DNA of 64,000 nt from an uncultured Verrucomicrobiae bacterium (GTDB lineage Bacteria; Verrucomicrobiota; Verrucomicrobiia; Limisphaerales; JAFGQR01): positions 128,001 through 192,000 of the forward strand of contig CAWBHS010000060.1 of the NCBI GenBank assembly GCA_963788655.1, written 5' to 3'. The notes under the pieces were generated by a model. The model saw nothing but the letters and a program-made list of their open reading frames with translations. It had not been told where the DNA came from and searched no databases. Below are positions 11,017 through 19,547 of the stretch, in pieces. Made by a program: the position numbers and the translations under genes. Position 1 is the stretch's first letter; each line of letters starts with the position of its first letter.

Positions 11017-11919
11017 TCACTGCTCAGCCTGCAACTGAACCGGCACAGGCATCGGTGGGAATGCAGTACCTTCGTTGCGCGCTTTCATCTCATTCGCCTT
11101 CATCAGCAGGTATTGCTGAGCCGGATCGATTTTAGTCGTCGGCGCCCGTGATTGTGTACGAGTCGAACGCGTCGGGATGGTGCGCAACGTGGAAGCGGAC
11201 GAGCCCCCGCCTGAAACCGAGATGTTACCCGCAGAGGAAGTGCTGCGAGTTGTGGTGGGCGGAAGCCGGTAGGGCATTCGGCGGGCAGCCGCCGCAGCCG
11301 CCGCACGGCTGGCTGGAGTTGCCGTTTCCGACGATGAATTGGAACCTCCCGCCACAACGACATTTCCTGAGGAACTGCTCGATCCTGGGGAAATTACCGT
11401 CGGAGAGTGGCTGGAAGCCGTGTGGGCCGCCGTCGGCAGCCTGATTCCCGGTCGCGGCATTCCGGGTCGAATGCCCGGCGCCAATCGATTGGCGGTGGCG
11501 GGCGCCTTCTTTTTGTGAGGTTCCAGAACCAGCTTCGTTTCCTCACCTGCGTTATTGATGACGACCGAATTATTTTCGACATCAATGCTCACCAGTTGAA
11601 GGTCGCCCTCTCTTTCGCCCACCCGCAGGATGGGTTTCTGCTTTTGTTCACCCGGTGTTTCGATTTCAAAAAACGCCCGCGCTTTGGAAAACATCGTGGT
11701 AATTCCCGTCAGGATAACGGTCGAAGCCGGCTTGGGTTTTTCCGGCTTGGGTTGCGGAGGAGGCGGTGGAGGCGGATCAGAGAGACCAAAAGCATTACGC
11801 TCGACAATCGCTGTGTACTCATTGTCGGCAAACAAATGGCCGGCACTGGCGGCCAGAATCAGTGCCGCTCCACACACCACGGCGACCCGCTGCCCTGAAA
11901 TGTTCATACGCAAGACCAT
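11017..11919 (-). CDS. Exported protein with GspC/PilP-like small beta domain and low-complexity tail
   Basis: Signal/TM, RNAFGL + poly-Pro linker, ILTGI...AFFEI...LRVGE...LVSI...VVINNAG pattern; Ser/Thr/Arg-rich tail. Confidence 0.6.
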   Translation of the reverse strand: MVLRMNISGQRVAVVCGAALILAASAGHLFADNEYTAIVERNAFGLSDPPPPPPPQPKPEKPKPASTVILTGITTMFSKARAFFEIETPGEQKQKPILRVGEREGDLQLVSIDVENNSVVINNAGEETKLVLEPHKKKAPATANRLAPGIRPGMPRPGIRLPTAAHTASSHSPTVISPGSSSSSGNVVVAGGSNSSSETATPASRAAAAAAARRMPYRLPPTTTRSTSSAGNISVSGGGSSASTLRTIPTRSTRTQSRAPTTKIDPAQQYLLMKANEMKARNEGTAFPPMPVPVQLQAEQ

Positions 11920-12060
11920 ACTCTATTCCTCTCGCTGTTACCAATTGTGACTTTTAGCCTAGAACACCGACTGAATCAAAGAGTTTCAGCCAAGTCTCTG
12001 GCAGCCCAAATGATTCTCCGGCAGCAGATCACTTGCCGCTGCAACGATGCAGGGCAGCAA

Positions 12061-12093
12061 AATAAAATAGGGGCAACCGTAAGGTTGCTCCCT
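12061..12093 (-). terminator. Rho-independent terminator after ilvC
   Basis: aggggcaacc-gtaa-ggttgctccct hairpin with attttatt following on the minus strand. Confidence 0.7.
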
Positions 12094-12113
12094 CGAAAAC
12101 GTAAATCGGCCGA

Positions 12114-13214
12114 TTAATTGGACTTCCGTCCCGCCACACCGGCGGTCGCCTTGGAAATCTGCCGTCCGATTTCCTTCGGACGCAACGCCCGCACCGCCTT
12201 ACCTGCCTGCCACATCTCGGAATCGCCGATTTGGCTCAATTCCTTGGTCAATTGCTCCTGATAATTGGCCTTGCCACAGGCTGACAACACCCGCGCACAT
12301 TCCTGGCCGGTCTTGACCCGTTGGTAAAGTTCTTTGAACACCGGTAGAACGGCTTTCTTAAACTTGGGTTTCCAATCCAACGCTCCCCGTTGGGCGGTGG
12401 CGGAGCAATTGGCATACATCCAGTCCATGCCGTTTTCGTCCACGAGGCGAATCAGACTCTGGGTCAACTCCTCGACCGTTTCGTTGAACGCCTCGCTGGG
12501 CGAATGGCCGTTGGCGCGCAACACGTCGTATTGCGCTTCCATGATGCCCGCCAAGGCGCCCATCAGCACGCCGCGTTCGCCGGTCAAATCACTGAACACT
12601 TCATGTTCGAATGTTGTGGGGAACAAGTAGCCCGACCCGATGCCAATGCCGACCGCCAGGCAGCGTTCTTCGGCGCGACCAGTGGCATCTTGGAACACCG
12701 CAAAACTGGAGTTAATGCCCGCCCCGGATAGAAAGTTGCGGCGGACCGAAGTACCGGAGCCTTTCGGAGCCACCATGATAACGTCCATCTCGGCGGGCGG
12801 AACGACCTTGGTGCGGTCGTGGTAGGCGATGGAAAAACCGTGCGAAAAATAAAGCGCATCACCCGGCTTGAGGTTCTTCTTGATCATTGGCCAGACCGTC
12901 CGTTGGGCGGCATCCGATACCAGCATTTGGATGATCGTGCCCCGCTGCACGGCCTCTTCGATATCGAACAATGTCTTGCCCGGCACCCAGCCGTCTTTGC
13001 GGGCGCGGTCCCAGTCCTTCTTGAATTTACGAGCCTGACCGACAATGACCTTAAAGCCGTTGTCGCGCAGGTTCAGCGACTGCGCCGGCCCCTGAACGCC
13101 GTAGCCAATGATGGCAATGGTTTCGTTCTTGAGCACTTTGCGCGCTTTGGACATGGGGAATTCCTTGCGCGTAATGACTGTTTCTTTTGTTCCACCAAAA
13201 TCAATGGTTGCCAT
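12114..13214 (-). CDS. ilvC: Ketol-acid reductoisomerase
   Basis: IIGYGVQGPAQSLNLRDNG, FSHGF, MVAPKG, SDLTGERG, EAFNETVEE; start taken at MATIDFGG. Confidence 0.96.
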   Translation of the reverse strand: MATIDFGGTKETVITRKEFPMSKARKVLKNETIAIIGYGVQGPAQSLNLRDNGFKVIVGQARKFKKDWDRARKDGWVPGKTLFDIEEAVQRGTIIQMLVSDAAQRTVWPMIKKNLKPGDALYFSHGFSIAYHDRTKVVPPAEMDVIMVAPKGSGTSVRRNFLSGAGINSSFAVFQDATGRAEERCLAVGIGIGSGYLFPTTFEHEVFSDLTGERGVLMGALAGIMEAQYDVLRANGHSPSEAFNETVEELTQSLIRLVDENGMDWMYANCSATAQRGALDWKPKFKKAVLPVFKELYQRVKTGQECARVLSACGKANYQEQLTKELSQIGDSEMWQAGKAVRALRPKEIGRQISKATAGVAGRKSN

Positions 13215-13405
13215 GTAACTTTCTTGTTCTGTAGGGCCGTCAGCCACCAAAGCTGCCGGCACTGTTGCTTGTGTTTTGTTGCTTGTCTCGAACCAACGGT
13301 CGGCGAACAGGCCGCCGCATCCTACTGGCCCTCCCGTGCCCGTCAAACCCGAAACCGTAGGTGCGAGGTTTATGATTCGCGAGCGTTTCCGCCCACCTTT
13401 CAATC

Positions 13406-13879
13406 TTATTTCCGCGGCAAAGCAATCTTGCCCGTCCGCGTCAGGTCCACGACCCCATAGTTCATCATGAGTTCGATGAACTTCTCCACCTTGCTCTCGT
13501 TGCCGGTGATTTCAATCGTGACGTTTTTCGGCTGCACATCCACAATCTTGGCGCGAAAAATATCGGTGATCTGCATCACTTCCGCCCGAGTCTTGGCGTC
13601 CACCTTCACTTTGACCAGCACCAATTCGCGGTCCACGTACTCGTCGTCGCGAAAATCCAGGACCGTCAGCACTTCCACCAGCTTGTTCAGTTGCTTGACG
13701 ACCTGCTCCAAGGTCGCGTCATCGCCCCGGGTGACGATGGTCATCCGGGAAATCGTCGGTTCCTGCGTTGGCCCTACGTTGAGCGTGTCAATGTTGTAGC
13801 CCCGTCCGCTGAACATGCCCGCCACGCGCGTGAGCACCCCGAACTTGTTTTCCACCAAAACTGAGATTGTGTGTCGCAT
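13406..13879 (-). CDS. ilvN: Acetolactate synthase small (regulatory) subunit
   Basis: MRHTISVLVENKFGVLTRVAGMFSGRGYNI ACT domain, RELVLVKV, RTGKIAL. Confidence 0.95.
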   Translation of the reverse strand: MRHTISVLVENKFGVLTRVAGMFSGRGYNIDTLNVGPTQEPTISRMTIVTRGDDATLEQVVKQLNKLVEVLTVLDFRDDEYVDRELVLVKVKVDAKTRAEVMQITDIFRAKIVDVQPKNVTIEITGNESKVEKFIELMMNYGVVDLTRTGKIALPRK

Positions 13880-13904
13880 AAACTCTGCCGATCAACGGCG
13901 GCGC

Positions 13905-13934
13905 AACCTAGCAACCCCCGGCCCACAGGGTCAA
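13905..13934 (-). promoter_or_regulatory. Putative sigma70 promoter for ilvN (TTGACC-18-TAGGTT, extended -10)
   Basis: Minus strand TTGACCctgtgggccgggggtTGcTAGGTT about 25 nt upstream of the ATG. Confidence 0.4.
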
Positions 13935-14248
13935 TGCGCAATTTCTGATGCGGATAGCTCTGAAGTCGAATCAAGCGAGTGATATGGCGGATGGCTTTAT
14001 AAAGACGGCGATTCAATTTGGTTAGGAATGTTGGATAAGTGTGAGCGCGGCCGCACGCTGACGCTGAGCACAGGCGTGTCGCTTGCGGATTTGCCGGAGG
14101 TCTTGCTGTTACGGACACGGGCAAAGGGACGCCTTCCGACCTCGGCGCCAACGACTGGCCAAGGCGCAAAGAGAATTGCTCCAGGCCGAAGTATGCGGCA
14201 TAAATACGGACTGTTGAAATTGTAAACGATTTAGCAGCACGCACCCGC

Positions 14249-15073
14249 ATGCCCAGAAAACGCAAAACTAGTTCCGGCGGCCGCTGGATTACCGTTGCCG
14301 CCATTCTGTTTGTGGCCGCCGTCGTTGGCGCCGTTATCCTGGCACTCAGTAAGACCAATCACGATTCATTTTCCGCCAATTCGCCGGGAGCGAAGGCGGC
14401 TCCACCAGCGGGAACGGTGGCAGAGTCTCTCCCCACCGAAAATCCGGCAACGGCCAAGGCAGACCCCATCCCAACGATGGAGATCAATCATGCAGTCATG
14501 GTTACGGTGGAATTGGACTTTGGCTCAAAGGTGCCAAGTATTGCCGAGGCGTTGAAATTCATTGAACGTCGGCAGCAACCGGACGACGGACGGGGGCGCG
14601 TGTTTGCCATTCTCGATGCCTACGGGGAACCCACGTCGGACGGCAAAAAACTGCATCTCTCGATGCACGTCAGCACGGAGAAGCCCGGACTCGGTTCGCT
14701 AGTCTTCCGCAAGACTGGCGAGGTGCTCTGGCAAAGCCGGGTGGTGCTGGGCACCAACGGCACGGTGTTCAGCGGCAAGAACCTGACCATTCTTTTGGAT
14801 GACGGTCACGGGCGAACAGTGATGGTGGACGGCTCCGGCAATCCTGCCACGCTGCTCAATGCGCATACGCGAGACACCGGCATGCTGGTGCGCGATTTCT
14901 GGCCCGACAACGCGGAACGGGAAGTCACGTTCATTTACAGCGCCTGCGGCTGTCCGGTGAAAGCCATGGTCCGCCGCATTGGCGAGCGCACGGTACGGAC
15001 CAAGGAACTTCCGGTGATGTTCCCGGACGATCCGGCCGCCATGGTGGTCATTTCGCGGTTGATGGGATGGTGA
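14249..15073 (+). CDS. Hypothetical membrane-anchored protein
   Basis: 274-aa ORF with basic N-terminus, single TM helix, Pro/Ala linker and a globular region containing SACGCP. Confidence 0.7.
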   Translation: MPRKRKTSSGGRWITVAAILFVAAVVGAVILALSKTNHDSFSANSPGAKAAPPAGTVAESLPTENPATAKADPIPTMEINHAVMVTVELDFGSKVPSIAEALKFIERRQQPDDGRGRVFAILDAYGEPTSDGKKLHLSMHVSTEKPGLGSLVFRKTGEVLWQSRVVLGTNGTVFSGKNLTILLDDGHGRTVMVDGSGNPATLLNAHTRDTGMLVRDFWPDNAEREVTFIYSACGCPVKAMVRRIGERTVRTKELPVMFPDDPAAMVVISRLMGW

Positions 15074-15226
15074 TTGGGTCGGTTCACGAAGCCAGGAATG
15101 CTGGTACTGCGAGGTGGTGGTTTTTTAATCCACCAAACCGAATCTGCGCCAATGCGTTTAAGGCGCAAGCACTGAATTGTGAGCCACGCGGCCGCTTGAG
15201 AGCGTGTTTTGAAAGTCCGATAAACT

Positions 15227-15372
15227 GTAGCCACCGACGAGAGGAGGTGGATTTACCAGCGCCAAGTGACAAATAAGTCCACCTCCTAATTTCAGCGGCT
15301 GCCCTTTTAGGTAAGCGCTAGGAGTGGTTGGCGAGGCGCCTACCACTGCGCCCCGAGGCGGGCGCGCTGCCC
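15227..15372. repeat. REP-like palindromes (GTAGCC.CCGACG..AGGAGG family plus an adjacent second type)
   Basis: gtagccaccgacgagaggaggtgga ... tccacctcctaatttcagcggctgc; related copies at 42175-42243 and 44659-44683. Confidence 0.6.
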
Positions 15373-15401
15373 TCACAGTCATGAGTTGCAAGCGGCAAGG
15401 T

Positions 15402-15433
15402 AAAAAGAAAAAGCCGGCGCTTTCACGCCGGCT
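15402..15433 (-). terminator. Rho-independent terminator
   Basis: agccggcg-ctttca-cgccggct hairpin followed by a T-rich run on the minus strand. Confidence 0.75.
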
Positions 15434-15467
15434 ATCTCGACTAAACCTTTTTCAGTGAATTCGCCGG

Positions 15468-16052
15468 CTACTTGTCCTTCTTGCTCGGCTTCTTCTTGCT
15501 CGGCTTCTTCGGGGTCTTGACTTTCGGCGGCTTGGGCGGTTTGGGCGGTTTGAACTTCGAGGGTTTCTTTGAAGGCTTGTTCGGGGACAGCTTGCACGAG
15601 GCGATGCATGAGGTTCGGCTCGAGAACCCAAAGTCATCCACCAACAACATCCAACCTTTCCGGTCGAGCACCTCCTGATCCGGCAGCGCGATGCCTTCCC
15701 GCAGCAACAGCAGCACGTAATCCATCCCCTTCTTCGGTTTGCCCAGGTTGAAGAATTGCGCCAGCGATTCGGCTAAAACCTCTTTCGTCAACGCCGCATT
15801 CAGGTTCCAATGCTTTTGACTCTCCTTGGGGTCCATCTTTTGTTTCTTGGCCCACTTGACGTAGTCCTCGTCGGTCGAATTGGCGCTAAACAAACCGTCG
15901 TCGCCCGTCAACTGCGTCATCCATTTGATGTACTCTCTTTGGGTCATGGCCGGCAGCGACATGTCCGCATGCACCTTGACTGGAGTCGCCAGGAAACTGA
16001 AACATAATAGAAGTCCGAAGACCAACGGTGGGAAATACGACGATCTTTTCAT
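15468..16052 (-). CDS. Hypothetical secreted protein with Lys/Pro/Ser-rich C-terminal tail
   Basis: Signal peptide MKRSSYF...VHA; tail KPSKKPSKFKPPKPPKPPKVKTPKKPSKKKPSKKDK; upstream TTGACA; downstream terminator. Confidence 0.75.
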   Translation of the reverse strand: MKRSSYFPPLVFGLLLCFSFLATPVKVHADMSLPAMTQREYIKWMTQLTGDDGLFSANSTDEDYVKWAKKQKMDPKESQKHWNLNAALTKEVLAESLAQFFNLGKPKKGMDYVLLLLREGIALPDQEVLDRKGWMLLVDDFGFSSRTSCIASCKLSPNKPSKKPSKFKPPKPPKPPKVKTPKKPSKKKPSKKDK

Positions 16053-16391
16053 AAAACGTACAACAATCCGATTAGGGTTTAGCTTTAACTGATACGCGAC
16101 GACTCTGCTTGAGCCGCAATCATTTGTCAAGCAAATCCAACAGAATTGGGACTTCCCGTAATTGACCACACCCAACCATGATTTAACCACTGTCGAGGTA
16201 ATGTGCCGATTGTGATCACGATCATGACTATGCCGTAAGCGTCAGCAAATCAACGTGGTGCGAAATATCACGGGTTCTTTCCACCACCTCCAGCAATTCA
16301 TGAGCGCCGCCATAGCCTGCGAGGAGCGCAAGATAAATTCTGTCGAGCTGTGATTTTTCTTATGCCAAAGATTAACCGAGAGTCCAATTCG

Positions 16392-16970
16392 TCAAGCTTC
16401 GCCGAATTGTGGCGGATCGGGCTGTCGTCCTTGCTGCCAAAGCTGAAAGTAGTACAGCGCCACCATGACCAGCGAATGCTGAATCCGCCCCTGCGCCACC
16501 AAGTCTGGAATATCGGCAACTGGCACCAAGCGCGTCACCAAGTCTTCTGAATGATCGAACTGCACCGGGTGCTTCTAAACGGCAATTCTCCACCAAAACT
16601 GTGAAACAGGTGTTGCTCATGATGGCTGGATTCGGAAATACCTTTCCAAGAATCCGCGCGTTTTCTCCTGCGTAACCCGTCTCCTCGCGCAGTTCCCGGA
16701 TCCCGGTCGCCACGGGAGAGGTTTCGTGGGCATCCATCACCCCCCGGGAATTTCCAATTCCACCGTTTCGGTGCCATGACGAAACTGTTCAATCATGACC
16801 AGTTGCCGATCGGTGGTCACGGCAAGGACATTCACCCAGTCCACACAATCCAGCACGACAAATTCATGATCCTCGCCGGTGCGGGGCGAAACGCGTCGCT
16901 CGGAACGAATGCGAAACACACCGAAATCCGCATGCGACGCTGGACCACTTTTCTTCCAGGGACGAATCAT
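16392..16970 (-). CDS. NUDIX hydrolase (ADP-ribose pyrophosphatase-like); frameshifts near 16740 and 16575
   Basis: QFRHG..LEIPGG / GIRELREETGY Nudix box; third frame gives VQFDHSEDLVTRLVP...GRIQHSLVMVALY to TGA at 16392. Confidence 0.85.
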
Positions 16971-17049
16971 AAATTCAGGACAGCAGACCTCAATGCCCAT
17001 CCTCCCAGCAAGAGCATTTCAGATGTCGGTCGGTGATTGGGAAGGGAAG

Positions 17050-17244
17050 TCATCTTCCTTTCTCTTTCGCCGCCCAACCTTGCTGCATCAGCGATAGCAG
17101 ATGCGCCAAGGCTGCTTCATAGGACCGCCCCTTTGCTGCGGCGAGTTGCCGGGCGCGCTTGTCCAACTGCCGAGCCATTGGCTGTGCCTTCTCCGAAGGA
17201 CAGCCTAAATCCATCAGGACGGTGGCCAATTCTTGTGGTGTCAT
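17050..17244 (-). CDS. Small hypothetical protein (64 aa)
   Basis: MTPQELATVLMDLGCPSEKAQPMARQLDKRARQL...; helical, same strand as neighbours. Confidence 0.55.
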   Translation of the reverse strand: MTPQELATVLMDLGCPSEKAQPMARQLDKRARQLAAAKGRSYEAALAHLLSLMQQGWAAKEKGR

Positions 17245-17427
17245 AACGCATCGGCATGCCAAGCACGCCGACCTTTGAAACAGATCGCAAGCCGCGAGGA
17301 AATCCTCTTGCTTCAATGCGTTAACGCTACCAGCTTTTTGCGTGTAGCACTGCCGCGCTGAAACCTTTGCCGAAACCATTTTCCTCCGGCGGGGCGTTAC
17401 GTCTCCCCACCGTCGTAAGGATTGGAA

Positions 17428-17462
17428 ATGGCCTCGCCGATCCATGGATCCAAGCGAGGCCA
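17428..17462 (-). terminator. Putative terminator after the cyclophilin gene
   Basis: tggcctcgc...gcgaggcca stem with inner gatcc/ggatc. Confidence 0.5.
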
Positions 17463-17497
17463 CCCAAAATACGCCAAACGTCGGCAAGCGCCGAACG

Positions 17498-18280
17498 TTA
17501 TTTAATCGAAGAACGCGGCACCAGTTTGATGCTCTTGATCTCGATGCGCACGGTAGGCTTGCTACGTTCGCCGGAAGCACTGGCCACCACCGGGGTATCG
17601 CCGATCTTGGTCAGGACATCGTCGCCTTTGATCACTTTGCCGAAAGCCGTGTATTTGTGATTGAGGAAGCTGGCGTCGCCCAGGCAGATGAAGAATTGCG
17701 ATCCGGCCGAATCAGGATCGGCGGAGCGGGCCATGGACAGAACGCCGCGTTGGTGGGGACGGTCATTGAATTCCGCCTTGATGGTGTATCCGGGACCGCC
17801 CGTGCCCCACATCGGCTCTTTGGTACGATCCTTCGTCAATGGATCACCACCCTGAATCATAAATCCTTTCATGATGCGGTGAAAGGCGGTGCCGTTGTAA
17901 AAGCCTTCTGAGGCCAATTTCTTAAAGTTCTCCACCGTTTTCGGGGCCACCTCGGGCCAAAACTCGACGACCATCTCGCCGTCCGTCGTTTCAATAATGG
18001 CTACTGTATTCGTGTCGTTGGTTTTCTCAGGCACTTTAGCTTCCTTATTCGTTTGTGGGATTGCTTGGTTCGTTTGGGTGGTGGATGGCTGGGCGGGCGG
18101 CGTCACGACCGGGGGAGCATTGGTCTTCGAAACCGCCGCGTTGGTAATTCCCGTTTCGGTTTTGGCCGTTGCGGTCGCTTCGGGTTCCGTGGGGGAACTC
18201 ACCTTGACCTGGCCACGATCACAGCCTGTTACGCAGACTATTGCCAATCCCAACAATCCAGACAACCAAATCATTTTCAT
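17498..18280 (-). CDS. Cyclophilin-type peptidyl-prolyl isomerase, probable lipoprotein
   Basis: APKTVENF, FYNGTAFHRIMKGFMIQGGDP, LSMAR, SAGSQFFI, YTAFGKV; VTGC lipobox-like. Confidence 0.93.
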   Translation of the reverse strand: MKMIWLSGLLGLAIVCVTGCDRGQVKVSSPTEPEATATAKTETGITNAAVSKTNAPPVVTPPAQPSTTQTNQAIPQTNKEAKVPEKTNDTNTVAIIETTDGEMVVEFWPEVAPKTVENFKKLASEGFYNGTAFHRIMKGFMIQGGDPLTKDRTKEPMWGTGGPGYTIKAEFNDRPHQRGVLSMARSADPDSAGSQFFICLGDASFLNHKYTAFGKVIKGDDVLTKIGDTPVVASASGERSKPTVRIEIKSIKLVPRSSIK

Positions 18281-18520
18281 ATTGGGCCAGTTTGCCAATG
18301 AGCTTTCCCAAAGTCACGTGTAGATTTTCTTACAATTTTGTAAGCCAGAACCCTGCGATGCCCCTCGTCCCCCCTCACCATTCTCAACTTCTCATTTCCA
18401 GGATTGCAAAGACGGGGTGTTTGCTTATGCTTTGAATCTTATCTGACGCTGCCCAGCAAAGCCGCTTCCCGGAGGTGGTGTCGCATAAGCCGTCCAAACC
18501 AGGCAACACATTGAAACGTT

Positions 18521-19540
18521 ATGAGTGAAAAAGCGAAGGCTGACAAAGCCGCCAAAGCCACAAAACCAAAAGAAACCGCGATGGCCCGCTGGATCGGCTA
18601 TCGTCCGGAAATCAAGGTATTGGATTGCACCATCCGTGACGGCGGATTGATGAACAACCACCAGTTCCCCGACGAGGTCGTCAAAGCGGTTTATGCAGCC
18701 TGTTTGGAGGCTGGCGTCGATTATATGGAAATCGGCTACAAAGCCAGCCGCAAAGGCATCGTGCGCGGCGAATATGGCGCGTGGAAGTATTGCCAGGAGG
18801 ACGATATCCGCCGTATCGTTGGCGAGAACAAGCCTGGCATGAAGCTTTCCGTCATGGCGGATGCAGGTAAATGCGATTATCAGGAAGACATTCCCTCCAA
18901 AGCCGAGAGCATTGTGGACATGGTGCGCGTGGCTACATACATCCACCAGATCCCCATTGCCCTCGACATGGTCAAAGACGCTCATGACAAAGGCTACGAA
19001 ACCACCGTCAACATTATGGCCGCGTCCATCGTTCCCGACCGGGAATTGAATGAGGGGCTCGAATTGTTGGCTGGCTCGGAAGCGCAGTCGATTTACGTGG
19101 TGGACAGCTTTGGGGCGTTATACAGCGAGCAAGTGCAGTTCCTGGTTAAAAAATACCTCAACTATTGCAAAGCCGCCGGCAAGGAAGTCGGTATTCACGC
19201 GCACAACAACATGCAACTGGCTTTCGCCAATACCATTGAGGCCATCGTTCTTGGTGCGAACATGCTGGACGCCACGTTTGCCGGGCTTGGACGGGGCGCC
19301 GGCAATTGCGCCTTGGAACTGCTGATCGGTTTCCTGCACAATCCCAAGTACAAACTCAAACCGATCCTGAAATGCGTGCAGGACCACATCGAACCGATGC
19401 GGCAGAAGCTGATGTGGGGTTTTGATCTGCCCTACATGTTGACCGGGCTGATCAATCAGCATCCGCGCGCCGCGATCAAATACAAAGCCCAGGAAGAACC
19501 CGGCGACATCATCAAGTTTTTCGACGCGATCTCGGAATGA
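18521..19540 (+). CDS. DRE-TIM/HMGL-like aldolase (4-hydroxy-2-oxovalerate aldolase-like)
   Basis: LDCTIRDGG, VDSFG, GIHAHNNMQLAFAN, GLGRGAGN. Confidence 0.85.
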   Translation: MSEKAKADKAAKATKPKETAMARWIGYRPEIKVLDCTIRDGGLMNNHQFPDEVVKAVYAACLEAGVDYMEIGYKASRKGIVRGEYGAWKYCQEDDIRRIVGENKPGMKLSVMADAGKCDYQEDIPSKAESIVDMVRVATYIHQIPIALDMVKDAHDKGYETTVNIMAASIVPDRELNEGLELLAGSEAQSIYVVDSFGALYSEQVQFLVKKYLNYCKAAGKEVGIHAHNNMQLAFANTIEAIVLGANMLDATFAGLGRGAGNCALELLIGFLHNPKYKLKPILKCVQDHIEPMRQKLMWGFDLPYMLTGLINQHPRAAIKYKAQEEPGDIIKFFDAISE

Positions 19541-19547
19541 GCGCCGG

